Shown: positions 19,464 to 28,336, numbered from the stretch's first letter. The stretch: 64,000 nt of DNA from a bacterium (GCA_026708055.1 JAPOVS010000018.1:17799-81798), one strand, 5' to 3'. Translations and numbers: made by a program. Notes: a model not told the origin generated them from the sequence alone.

Positions 19464-20797
19464 CAGTGCCCCACCGCCGCCGCGCCCTTCTCGCCCACCA
19501 GCCGGTCCTCGGAGAACCGGCTCAGCTTGAAGGGCTCGATGAGATCCGGGGTCTCGGCGGAAGCGATGCAGGCGGCCAGCTGCTCGCCTGCCACGGGGGC
19601 GGCCTTGAACCCGTAGGTCCCCCAGCCCACGTCGCAGAAGAACCCCGCCACGGGCGTCGGCCCGATGATCGGCGAGTAGTCGGGGGTCATGTCGCAGAGC
19701 CCCGACCATTGCCGCAGCAGCCGCATCCGCCCGAGGCCGGGCATGAGCTGGAGGACATGGCCGGAGAGCTCCTCGGCGAAGGCCAGCGAGCCACCGGTGT
19801 CGTAGGTGGCGATCGGATCGACCGCCGCGCCGAAGACAAGTTCGCCCCGGTCGGTCTGGCTGACGTAGACGTGCAGCGAGCCCGACACCACCACTGCCGG
19901 CAGGAACATCTTGACCGGCTCGGTGACCGCGGCCTGCAGCGGGTGGGTGGAGATCGGCAGCCGCAGGCCGGCCATGGCCGCGACCAGCGACGCCCAACCT
20001 GCCGTGCAGTTCACGACCACCGGCGCCGAGACGTCTCCCCGGCTGGTGCGGACGCCCGTGACGTGCCCGCCGGGACCTTTCCCGCCCGGTCCGTCGCCGC
20101 CGGCCACGTCGATGTCGAGCACCTCGGTGTTCTGGTGCATCTCGACACCCAGGGCAGCAGCCGCCCGGGCGTATCCCCACACCACCGCGTCGTGGCGGAC
20201 AATGCCCCCGGGCGGGTGGTGCAGGGCGCCCAGGATCGGATACCGGGGATTCCCGGAGGTATCGAGAGCGGGCACGAGCCGCTTGATCTCCGTCGGGCCG
20301 ATCACCTCGGAGTCCACACCCTGGTGCTTGTTCACCTCGGCCCGCCAGCGCATCGTGCGCAATGCGCCGTCGCTGTGCGCCAGGGTCAGGTGGCCCCGGC
20401 GGGAGAACATCACGTTCAGATTGAGATCGACGGCCAGCCGCTCGTACAGCCGCACCGAGCGGTCGTAGAAGGCCACGCCGTCGGGCGTGAGGTAGTTGGA
20501 GCGCACGATCGCCGTATTGCGCCCCGAGCCGCCGCCGCCCAGATAGCCCTTGTCCAGGACGGCCACGTCGGTGATTCCCCAGTTCGAGGCGAGGTAGTAG
20601 GCGGTCGCCAAGCCGTGTACGCCCCCGCCCACCACGACCGCGTCGTAACTGCTGCGCAATTCGCCGCTGCGCCAGATCGGCGGCCAGGGACGCTTGCCGC
20701 GCCGCAGCAGCGCCAGCGCCGAGTAGCGGGCCGGGTAGCGGGCGCGGCGGCGTTTCGGCCGGTCGACCTGCGCCACGCCGGCACTCCTACCGGCCAT
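19463..20797 (-). CDS. soxB: sarcosine oxidase-family beta subunit, FAD-dependent (N-methylglutamate dehydrogenase subunit A-like)
   Basis: ATG at 20797 inside ORF 19463..21526. FAD motif YDAVVVGGGVHGLATAYYLA followed by GGGSGRNTAIVRSNY. Confidence 0.85.
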   Translation of the reverse strand: MAGRSAGVAQVDRPKRRRARYPARYSALALLRRGKRPWPPIWRSGELRSSYDAVVVGGGVHGLATAYYLASNWGITDVAVLDKGYLGGGGSGRNTAIVRSNYLTPDGVAFYDRSVRLYERLAVDLNLNVMFSRRGHLTLAHSDGALRTMRWRAEVNKHQGVDSEVIGPTEIKRLVPALDTSGNPRYPILGALHHPPGGIVRHDAVVWGYARAAAALGVEMHQNTEVLDIDVAGGDGPGGKGPGGHVTGVRTSRGDVSAPVVVNCTAGWASLVAAMAGLRLPISTHPLQAAVTEPVKMFLPAVVVSGSLHVYVSQTDRGELVFGAAVDPIATYDTGGSLAFAEELSGHVLQLMPGLGRMRLLRQWSGLCDMTPDYSPIIGPTPVAGFFCDVGWGTYGFKAAPVAGEQLAACIASAETPDLIEPFKLSRFSEDRLVGEKGAAAVGH

Positions 20798-20823
20798 CGC
20801 TCGACTCGGGGCGGGCCACCGGT

Positions 20824-21504
20824 TCAGCGGGCCGCGCTCGGGTAGACCTTCAACGACAGGAACCGCACGGGGAGTTCCACCAAGGCGGTGGGGCCGTGGG
20901 CGACCTCGCCCTGGAGCTGCATGGTGTCGCCAGCTTCCAGCAGGTAGCGGTTGGCGCCGTAGCCGTACTCCATGGAACCCTCCAGCATGTACAGCAGCTC
21001 GGTGCCCGGGTGCTGGTACAGCGGGAAGACCTCGTCCGCGGTCGAGAGCGTGATGAGCAGCGGCTCGATCTGCCGGTCGGGGCCGCGCAGCGCGCCGAGG
21101 CTCCGGTAGCTGCGTCCCTTGCCGCTGCCGGAGTGGATGATCTCGGTCCCCTCGCCGGCGCGCACGATGATGGCGTCGTGCTCCTCGTCGAGCCCCCGGA
21201 ACAGGGCCGTGATGGGGACGTTCCCGGCTCGGGCGAGGCCGCTGAGGGTGGCGATGCTCGGTGCCGTCCTGCCGTGCTCGATCTTGGAGAGCATGCCGAT
21301 CGACACTTCGGCCGCCTCGGCGAACTGCGCCATGGTCAGACCGAGGTCCCGGCGGATGGAGCGCACCCGCTCCCCGACCACCGCGCACACCTGCTCGGCG
21401 CGGAGCTCGTCGGGCGGCGTCGCCGCGTCCTCGAGAGCTGCAAGAGGCTCGTCCGCCGCACCGGACGCGTGCGCGCCGCCGAGACCGCCGGATTCCGCGG
21501 TCAT
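20824..21504 (-). CDS. XRE-family HTH transcriptional regulator with C-terminal cupin domain
   Basis: ATG at 21504 inside ORF 20824..22056. HTH region LGLTMAQFAEAAEVSIGMLSKIEHG. The cupin region contains HPGTELLYMLEG. Confidence 0.75.
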   Translation of the reverse strand: MTAESGGLGGAHASGAADEPLAALEDAATPPDELRAEQVCAVVGERVRSIRRDLGLTMAQFAEAAEVSIGMLSKIEHGRTAPSIATLSGLARAGNVPITALFRGLDEEHDAIIVRAGEGTEIIHSGSGKGRSYRSLGALRGPDRQIEPLLITLSTADEVFPLYQHPGTELLYMLEGSMEYGYGANRYLLEAGDTMQLQGEVAHGPTALVELPVRFLSLKVYPSAAR

Positions 21505-21569
21505 CGCCGCACAGGTCGGGGGCCACGGGCCATCATCGGCGCCCCGCGGTCCGGGCGATCGTCGAGCAC

Positions 21570-22931
21570 TCAGAACAGTTCGAGGTAGGCGTCCACCTCG
21601 AACTGCGTCACCTGCTCGTGCCAGCGGCGGAACTCCTCGCGCTTCACCTCCGAGAAGTAGTCCACGTAGTCGCCGCCGGGGGTGGCGCCGAACGCGGCCC
21701 GTAGCACGTCGTCGCCCGCCAGGTTCTCGGCCGCGTGCAGCAGCGTCGGCGGCATCGCCACGATGCCCCGTTCGGCGACCTCGGCGAGGCTGAGGGTGTA
21801 GAGGTTGTCGAGGTTCGGCTCCCCGGGGTCGGCCCCGGCGTCGATGCCGGCCAGCCCGCAGCCCAGGAGCCCGGTGAACGCCAGGTACGGGTTCGCCGAG
21901 CCGTCGAGGGCACGCACCTCGATGCGTCCGGGCTCGGGCACCCTGATCATCTGCGTGCGGTTGTTGCCGCCGTAGGAGACGTAGGCGGGCGCCCACGTGG
22001 CACCCGAGTCGGGGGGCCCGACACCCATGCGCTTGTAGGAGTTGACCGTGGGGCACAGGACGGCCACCAGGGCGGTGGCGTGGCGCAGGATCCCCGCGAC
22101 GAAGCTGTAGGCGAGCGGGCTGAGCCCCAGGCCGCGCGGATCACAGTCGGTCTCGAAGAGAGGCTCGTCGGCCTCGGCCGACCAGAGGCTCATGTGGGCA
22201 TGCAGGCCGTTGCCGGTCTTGTCGCCGAAGGGCTTGGGCATGAACGTGGCGTGCAGCCCCCGCCGCTGGGCAAGGGTGTGCATCATGAGCCGCAGGATGA
22301 TGAGGCGATCGGCGGTGGTGAGTGCGTCGGAGTACTCGAAGTTCTGCTCGAACTGCCCGTTGGCGTCCTCGTGGTCGTTGGCGTAGTTGCCCCAGCCCAG
22401 GGCGTCCATGTGCCGGGAGACCTCGGTGAGGTGGTCGAGCATGCGGGTGAGGCCCCGGGCGTCGTAGCACGGCAGGTCGCTGAGGTCCCGCTCGTCGGCC
22501 ACGCGGATCGTCCCGTCGTCGTTGCGGGCCAGCAGGGAGTACTCGGCCTCCACGCCTGCCTTCAGCACGAGGTTCCGCTCGGCGGCCGCCGCCAGCGCCC
22601 GCTTGAGGATGACCCGCGGGGCGTACGGCCACGCCTCACCCTCCACCGTGGGGTCGCACTGCACGGCCGCCACGTTGGGCTGCCACGGGAGCACCATGTA
22701 CGAGTCCGCATCGGGTATGGCCAGGATGTCCGGGTCGGCGGGCGTCTGCCCGATGGGCCCTGCGGCGAACCCGGCGAACCCGGCGCCCTCGGTCATCAAC
22801 CCCTCCAGGTTGCTGACCGGCACCAGCTTGGCGCAGGGCTTGCCGTGCATCTCCACGAACATGGCGTAGATGAACTCGACGCCGTCGTCGGCGACCCGTG
22901 CCCGAATCTCGTCGATCCTGTCGTTGCTCAT
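21570..22931 (-). CDS. gmaS: glutamine synthetase-family protein, probable gamma-glutamylmethylamide synthetase
   Basis: ATG at 22931 (MSNDRIDEI) with GGGAG 8 nt upstream. GS catalytic-domain motifs NDHEDANGQFE and KPFGDKTGNGLHAHMSLW. Assignment to gmaS rests on context with the sox-like and glutamate-synthase-like genes. Confidence 0.7.
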   Translation of the reverse strand: MSNDRIDEIRARVADDGVEFIYAMFVEMHGKPCAKLVPVSNLEGLMTEGAGFAGFAAGPIGQTPADPDILAIPDADSYMVLPWQPNVAAVQCDPTVEGEAWPYAPRVILKRALAAAAERNLVLKAGVEAEYSLLARNDDGTIRVADERDLSDLPCYDARGLTRMLDHLTEVSRHMDALGWGNYANDHEDANGQFEQNFEYSDALTTADRLIILRLMMHTLAQRRGLHATFMPKPFGDKTGNGLHAHMSLWSAEADEPLFETDCDPRGLGLSPLAYSFVAGILRHATALVAVLCPTVNSYKRMGVGPPDSGATWAPAYVSYGGNNRTQMIRVPEPGRIEVRALDGSANPYLAFTGLLGCGLAGIDAGADPGEPNLDNLYTLSLAEVAERGIVAMPPTLLHAAENLAGDDVLRAAFGATPGGDYVDYFSEVKREEFRRWHEQVTQFEVDAYLELF

Positions 22932-23130
22932 GTCCAACTCCCTGTGACTCCCTGTCGTTGCCGGGCCCGGCACCCGCCGGGACCGAGCGTACGCAAGCGT
23001 CGCGCGCCTCGACGCACGTCGCGCCGGCCTGTCGCCTGCTCGTCTCGACGTGCTCGCCCGCCTCCGCTCTCCTCGGGATCCCGCTCCCTGAGCACCTCGC
23101 TGAGGATCAGTATCCGGAGGAAAATTATTT

Positions 23131-23143
23131 CACTATAATAGTG
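23131..23143. promoter_or_regulatory. perfect palindrome CACTAT-A-ATAGTG containing TATAAT, within an AT-rich island of the gmaS/mgsA divergent intergenic region
   Basis: Read directly from the sequence. The surrounding stretch ggaaaattatttcactataatagtgcaac is strongly AT-rich against ~70% GC. Confidence 0.35.
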
Positions 23144-23242
23144 CAACAGAATCGGTCGTGCGGTGCACGCCCCGGCCGGTCGCTCGGGCCGGATTCGTGA
23201 ACGGCAGCGGCGCGGAGTTCCGAGGAATCGACAGAGGCAACC

Positions 23243-24145
23243 ATGTGCGGAATCGTCGGGCTGTTCCTGAAAACGCCCCGCCACGAGAACGAATTGGGTC
23301 TGCTGGCGGCGCGCATGCTGGAGCAGATGCGCGATCGGGGACTCGACAGCGCCGGCTTCGCCGTCTACTCCGACGACAACGAGGAGCGGGTCAAGATCAC
23401 GGTCCTGGCCGAAGGCTTCGAGCCGGATTGGGGCACGATCCGCCAAGGGTTGGCCGGCGCCCTCGGCGCCGATGTCTCGCTCGACCGGATCGGTGACCAC
23501 GCCACCTTCACCACGCGAGGAGACGGAAGGGCGGCGCGCCAGTGGCTCATCGACAACCTGCCCGGGGCCACCGTGTTGAGCTACGGGCACGCCATCGAGC
23601 TGTTCAAGGCGGTGGGAGACCCCAGGGGCGTCGCCGAGCGATACGGGCTGGCGCGGCGCCGCGGCACCCACGCCATCGCCCACACGCGCATGGCCACCGA
23701 GTCGGCGGTGACCACGAACGGATCGCACCCCTTCTCCACGGGCGCCGACACGTGCCTGGTGCACAACGGCTCGCTCTCGAACTACAACCGGCTCCGCGAG
23801 GTGCTCGAGAACAAGGGCGAGACCTTCCAGACCGAGAACGACTCCGAGGTGGCCGCGGGGTATCTGTCGTGGCGCCTGCGGGAGGGTGACACCATCGGCG
23901 AGGCGCTCGAGCGAAGCCTCGACGACCTCGACGGCTTCTACACGTTCGCCGTCGGGGTACGCGACGGGTTCGCCGTTCTGCGCGACCCCATCGCCTGCAA
24001 ACCGGGCGTCATCGCCGAGACCGACGACTGGGTGGCCATGTCGTCGGAGTACCGGGGCATTGCCGTGCTGCCCGGAGCGGCTGACGCCGACATCTGGGAG
24101 CCGGCCCCGGCGGTGGTCCACACCTGGAGCCGGGAGCGATCATGA
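23243..24145 (+). CDS. mgsA: class-II (Ntn) glutamine amidotransferase, N-methylglutamate synthase subunit A-like
   Basis: N-terminal MCGIVG with catalytic Cys2. GltB N-domain-like. Followed with a 4-nt overlap by the GXGXG/FMN gene. Confidence 0.7.
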   Translation: MCGIVGLFLKTPRHENELGLLAARMLEQMRDRGLDSAGFAVYSDDNEERVKITVLAEGFEPDWGTIRQGLAGALGADVSLDRIGDHATFTTRGDGRAARQWLIDNLPGATVLSYGHAIELFKAVGDPRGVAERYGLARRRGTHAIAHTRMATESAVTTNGSHPFSTGADTCLVHNGSLSNYNRLREVLENKGETFQTENDSEVAAGYLSWRLREGDTIGEALERSLDDLDGFYTFAVGVRDGFAVLRDPIACKPGVIAETDDWVAMSSEYRGIAVLPGAADADIWEPAPAVVHTWSRERS

Positions 24146-26355
24146 CCGGCACCGAACCCGCGACCGCCGCTCTGCTGGACCTCGCCGGCGGCGACCTCCG
24201 GTCGGTGAACCGGACCCTGCACGAGGCACGCACGGGCGGATTCACGATCCGCAACCCGCAGGGAGCACACGCCGTGGCCGCCGGCCTGGATGCTCCGCTG
24301 GCCGTCACCGTGGAGGGCCACGTCGGCTACTACTGCGCGGGCATGAACAAGCAGGCTCAGGTGACCGTGCACGGCAACGCAGGCCCCGGCCTGGCCGAGA
24401 ACATCATGTCGGGGACGGTCCGGATCACGGGCAACGCCAGCCAGTCAGCAGGGGCGACCGGCCACGGTGGGCTGGTGGTGATCGAGGGCAACGCCTCAGC
24501 CCGCTGCGGCATCTCCATGAAGGGCGTCAGCATCGTGGTGGGCGGCAACGTCGGGCACATGAGCGCCTTCATGGCCCAGGCCGGCGATCTGATCGTGCTC
24601 GGCAACGCCGGATCCGACCTCGGCGACTCCATCTACGAAGCCCGGTTGTTCGTGCGCGGCACGGTTGCGAGCCTCGGTGCCGACTGCGTGGCCAAGGAGA
24701 TGCGTCCCGAGCACCACGAACTCCTGGCCGACACCCTCGCCACCGCCGGCCTCGACGCCAACCCCGCCGACTTCACCCGCTACGGCTCAGCCCGCCGCCT
24801 CTACAACTTCAAAATCGACGACGTCGACGCCCTCAGCGCCCCCCCGCGAGCGCAGGATGCCACGAACCCGGCCGCGCGAGAGAGAGCGCTCGTCCAAGAC
24901 ACTTCCGACGACCCGGGAGGGCGGGGGGCGCCGGGGGGCGGCCCCGGCGCGATTTCGCCGGACGCGCCGCCGACAGCCACCGGCGGCCCCCGACCGGACA
25001 GCCGGCCGGCCGAGGCAGCGCCGCCCGGGCCGACCGCGACCCAGTGGCACCTGCGCGAGTCCTACACATTCGACCGCAACGCCATCGCCGAGATCCAGCG
25101 CGCAGCCAACACCGGCGTCTACCGGATCCGCGGCTGGGGAGCCAAGCGCCCCATCCCCACCTTCGACGACCTGGTCTTCCTGGGCGCCTCGATGTCTCGC
25201 TATCCCCTGGAGGGCTACCGCGAGGCGTGCGCCACGAACGTGGTGCTCGGAGCGCGCTTCGCCGCCGAACCCATCGAGTTGGCGATTCCCATCACGATCG
25301 CCGGCATGAGCTTCGGGTCGCTGTCGGCCAACGCCAAGGAGGCGCTCGGCCGGGGTGCCAGCGCCGCCGGCACGTCCACCACCAGCGGCGACGGCGGCAT
25401 GACCGACGAGGAGCGCACGCACTCCGAGACGCTCGTGTACCAGTACCTGCCGTCGCGTTACGGCATGAACCCCGACGATCTGCGCCGAGGCGACGCCATC
25501 GAGGTCGTGGTCGGCCAGGGCGCCAAGCCGGGAGGCGGGGGCATGCTGCTGGGCCACAAGATCAGTGCCCGGGTCGCAGACATGCGGACCCTGCCCGAGG
25601 GCATCGACCAGCGGTCGGCGTGCCGCCACCCGGACTGGACCGGCCCCGACGATCTGGCCATCAAGATCCTGGAATTGCGCGAGATCACAGGCTGGCGGAA
25701 ACCCATCTACGTCAAGGTGGGAGCCGCTCGCCCCTATTACGACACCGCCCTGGCGGTGAAGGCGGGAGCTGACGTGGTGGTACTGGACGGCATGCAGGGA
25801 GGCACCGCCGCCACCCAGGACGTGTTCATCGAGCACGCGGGCATCCCCACGCTGGCGGCCGTCCCCGAAGCCGTGCGGGCGCTTCAGGAGATGCAGGTGC
25901 ACCGCACCGGGGTCCAACTCGTCGCCGCCGGTGGCATCCGCTCGGGGGCGGATGTCGCCAAGGCGATCGCGCTGGGGGCAGATGCCGTGTCGATCGGCAC
26001 CGCAGCACTGATCGCCATCGGCGACAACGATCCGGCCCGCGATGCCGAGTACCGCCGGCTGGGTTCGGCGGCGGGCTTCTGGGAGGACTTCCACACCGGC
26101 ACCGACCCGGCCGGCATCACCACCCAGGATCCCGATCTCTCCCGCCGACTCGACCCGGTGCTGGCCGGACGGCGACTCGCCAACTACCTGCAGGTGCTGA
26201 CCCTCGAGGCGCAGACCCTCGCCCGGGCGTGCGGGAAGTCCCATGTGCTGAACCTCGAACCCGAGGATCTCGCGGCCCTCACCGTCGAGGCCGCGGCGAT
26301 GTCGGGCATCCCCCTCGCCGGCACCGACTGGATCCCCGGCCGCCGCCGGGACTGA
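24142..26355 (+). CDS. fused GXGXG-domain (GltB C-terminal-like, MgsB-like) and FMN-dependent glutamate synthase-like (MgsC-like) protein
   Basis: 737-aa ORF. The N-terminal ~230 aa hold repeated G-x-G motifs (VHGNAGPGLAE.., IEGNASARCG.., VGGNVGHMSAF). A ~70-aa Pro/Gly/Ala linker follows. The C-terminal part is a TIM-barrel FMN domain (VVVGQGAKPGGGG, VVVLDGMQGGTAA, AAGGIRSGADVAKAIALGADAV). Confidence 0.75.
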   Translation: MTGTEPATAALLDLAGGDLRSVNRTLHEARTGGFTIRNPQGAHAVAAGLDAPLAVTVEGHVGYYCAGMNKQAQVTVHGNAGPGLAENIMSGTVRITGNASQSAGATGHGGLVVIEGNASARCGISMKGVSIVVGGNVGHMSAFMAQAGDLIVLGNAGSDLGDSIYEARLFVRGTVASLGADCVAKEMRPEHHELLADTLATAGLDANPADFTRYGSARRLYNFKIDDVDALSAPPRAQDATNPAARERALVQDTSDDPGGRGAPGGGPGAISPDAPPTATGGPRPDSRPAEAAPPGPTATQWHLRESYTFDRNAIAEIQRAANTGVYRIRGWGAKRPIPTFDDLVFLGASMSRYPLEGYREACATNVVLGARFAAEPIELAIPITIAGMSFGSLSANAKEALGRGASAAGTSTTSGDGGMTDEERTHSETLVYQYLPSRYGMNPDDLRRGDAIEVVVGQGAKPGGGGMLLGHKISARVADMRTLPEGIDQRSACRHPDWTGPDDLAIKILELREITGWRKPIYVKVGAARPYYDTALAVKAGADVVVLDGMQGGTAATQDVFIEHAGIPTLAAVPEAVRALQEMQVHRTGVQLVAAGGIRSGADVAKAIALGADAVSIGTAALIAIGDNDPARDAEYRRLGSAAGFWEDFHTGTDPAGITTQDPDLSRRLDPVLAGRRLANYLQVLTLEAQTLARACGKSHVLNLEPEDLAALTVEAAAMSGIPLAGTDWIPGRRRD

Positions 26356-26372
26356 CGGTCAGGCAGCGCCGC

Positions 26373-27326
26373 TCAGTGGCCCGAGGGTGGCCAGGGGCTC
26401 GTCTCGGGCGCCGGCACCTTGCCGACGGGAACCCCCAGGTCGTCCTGCCAGGCGCGCTTCATGTCGGCGGGCGCGACGGCTTCGCCGGCCAGCACGAGGC
26501 GCAAAGAACCCGGCACGCCGCCATCTCGGCTGACGGCCTCGCTGAGTGCCGCGGTCAGTACGGCCCCGTCGGCGGCCAGGATCGTGGCCCCGAGGCGGTC
26601 GACCACGTCCAGGCCTCCCTCGGCGGCCCAGTTGTTCATCACCCAGCAGGTGGTGCCGACCGACAGGGCGGGCAGCAGGTTCGCAACTACCTGGTAGCCG
26701 CCCGACAGCGGGGTCGGCCCGAGGCTCACGTCATCGGCGCCGATACCCAGGCGCTCAGCGAGAGCACGCGCGGCCCCGCAGGCGGGCTCATGGGAGAGGC
26801 ACAGCCCTGCCGGCCGACCGGTCTCGTCCGACGTGTAGGAGATGTGGGCGATGTTGCCGTCGTCGGCCACCTCCGCGGGAGGATCCTGGGTGCATCCCAG
26901 GATCTCGGTCCAGTCCATCGCCCCTGGCTGTGCGCCGTCGAAGCACACGTAGGTCTCCACGCTGTCCAGCGCCCCGCGGTGCCGGTCGACGGCGTCGAAG
27001 TAGTCGTGGGTGTAGATGACGACCTTGGGCCGGCAGTCACCGAAGTAGCGGTCCAACTCGTCGGCCCGGCCGAGGTCCACGAGCGCGGCGACTGCGCCCG
27101 CCCGCCACGCCCCGAACATGGCGAGCAGGTAGTCCAGCCCGCTGTGGGCGAAGACGCCGACCCTGTCACCCCGCTCCACGCCGAGCGCCGCCAGCCCGGC
27201 GGCCACCCGGTCGGTCGCCTCGGCGGCCTCGGCGTAGCTGAGCGACCGGTCGCGCTTGACCCAGCCCAGCGCCGTCTTGTCGGGATTGCGGGCGGCCCCC
27301 TCGGCCAGCAGCTGATGCAGGAGCAT
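26373..27326 (-). pseudogene. 3'-truncated adenylate-forming enzyme (acyl-CoA synthetase family) with degenerate phosphate-binding motif
   Basis: 317 aa against ~500 expected. The core motif ISYTSDETGRPAG replaces the usual xSGTTGxPKG. The ORF ends just before the expected GYGxTE motif, and the C-terminal domain is absent because the mgsBC stop lies 17 nt away. Confidence 0.5.
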
Positions 27327-27386
27327 CCGGGCATCCTAGACTGCGACCAGCACGCCGGAACCCGTCATCCAGGAGGCCCGGAACCC

Positions 27387-27701
27387 ATGATCATCGTCAC
27401 CACGCCGACCGTCGAAGGTCACACCATCACCCAGGTGCACGGCCTCGCCACCGGCAGCACCATCCGCGCCAAGGTCATCTTCAAGGACATCGGCGCCAGC
27501 CTCAAGAGCGTGGTCGGCGGCGAGTTGGGGAGCTATACGAAGATGATGCAGGAATCCCGGGCGCAGGCCCTCGAACGCCTCGAGGAGGATGCCGCTCGCC
27601 TCGGCGCCAACGCCGTGGTCAACATGCGGATCGCCACATCCATGGTCGCCCAGGGATCTGCGGAGATCCTGGCCTACGGCACCGCCGTCACCGTGGAGTA
27701 G
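27387..27701 (+). CDS. YbjQ/UPF0145-family protein
   Basis: ATG at 27387 with AGGAGG at 27371. 104-aa product MIIVTTPTVEGHTITQVHGLATGS...VNMRI...AYGTAV. Confidence 0.75.
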   Translation: MIIVTTPTVEGHTITQVHGLATGSTIRAKVIFKDIGASLKSVVGGELGSYTKMMQESRAQALERLEEDAARLGANAVVNMRIATSMVAQGSAEILAYGTAVTVE

Positions 27702-27713
27702 GCGCAGCCGGCA

Positions 27714-28178
27714 TTACTCGCCGCCCAGGAACATCTCCTTCACGCGACGGTCGAGTTCCTCCGGCGACACGTCCTCGATGTGGGTCGCCACCCCCCAGCG
27801 GTGGCCCCAGGGATCCTCGAACTGCCCCGAGCGGTCGCCGTAGAAGTGGTCGGCCACTTCGCGTAGCGGCCTCGCCCCACGGCTGACCGCCTCGGCGAAG
27901 GCGGCGTCAGCGTCGGCCACGTACACGCTGATCGTGACCGGCGTGCCGCCGATGGCCTTCGGGCCGACGAAACCCATCTCGGGATACTCGTCGGCCACCA
28001 TGATCAACGAGTCCCCGATCGCCAGCTCGGCGTGGCCGATCTTCCCTCCGGGCGCCGGGATACGCATGCGCTCGGCGGCACCGAACACTGCGCAGTAGAA
28101 CGCGATAGCGTCGGCCGCGCCGTCCACGGCCAACGCGGCGCTGACGCGGGGATAGTTGTCGGGGATCGGCTTGACCAT
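27714..28178 (-). CDS. VOC (glyoxalase/bleomycin-resistance) family protein, PhnB-like
   Basis: ATG at 28178 (MVKPIPDNYPRVSAAL). Motifs GHAELAIGDSLIMVAD and FYGDRSGQFEDPWGHRW. Confidence 0.7.
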   Translation of the reverse strand: MVKPIPDNYPRVSAALAVDGAADAIAFYCAVFGAAERMRIPAPGGKIGHAELAIGDSLIMVADEYPEMGFVGPKAIGGTPVTISVYVADADAAFAEAVSRGARPLREVADHFYGDRSGQFEDPWGHRWGVATHIEDVSPEELDRRVKEMFLGGE

Positions 28179-28223
28179 CGGCTGCTCCTCGCCGTCGCTG
28201 CGTCTCAACCGTCTGAGCCTAGG

Positions 28224-28336
28224 GCCGCAACCGGCCGTCGCCGAGAGCCCCGCCCAAGACCGGCGTCCTCCGCGACGCGCAGCACCTTGCCGGGCCGAGC
28301 CGCAACCGGCCGTCGCCGGGAGCCCCGCCCGAGACC
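28224..28336. repeat. two 38-bp direct repeats (36/38 identical) with a 75-bp period in the intergenic region
   Basis: gccgcaaccggccgtcgccgAgagccccgcccAagacc at 28224-28261, and the G/G variant at 28299-28336. Confidence 0.8.

Noticed and set aside
19437-19466. When hand-translating the N-terminus of soxD (..CPHCGP..), I counted one extra G relative to the frame in the ORF track. Taken at face value this would imply a frameshift and shift the soxB stop by 1 nt.
   Set aside because: The ORF track is computed from the same sequence and reads through cleanly (ORFs 19182..20180 and 19463..21526). I attribute the discrepancy to my manual counting and used the track coordinates. Coordinates I derived by eye nearby may be off by 1.
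18748-19616. Plus-strand ORFs 18748..19062 and 19023..19616, encoding peptides such as GLRRNDGSMKAP and SSEGRNPVVQ.
   Set aside because: These are translations of the REP-like palindromes (the classic DSGLRRND / IPAFAGMT-type artefacts) and the antisense of soxD/soxB.
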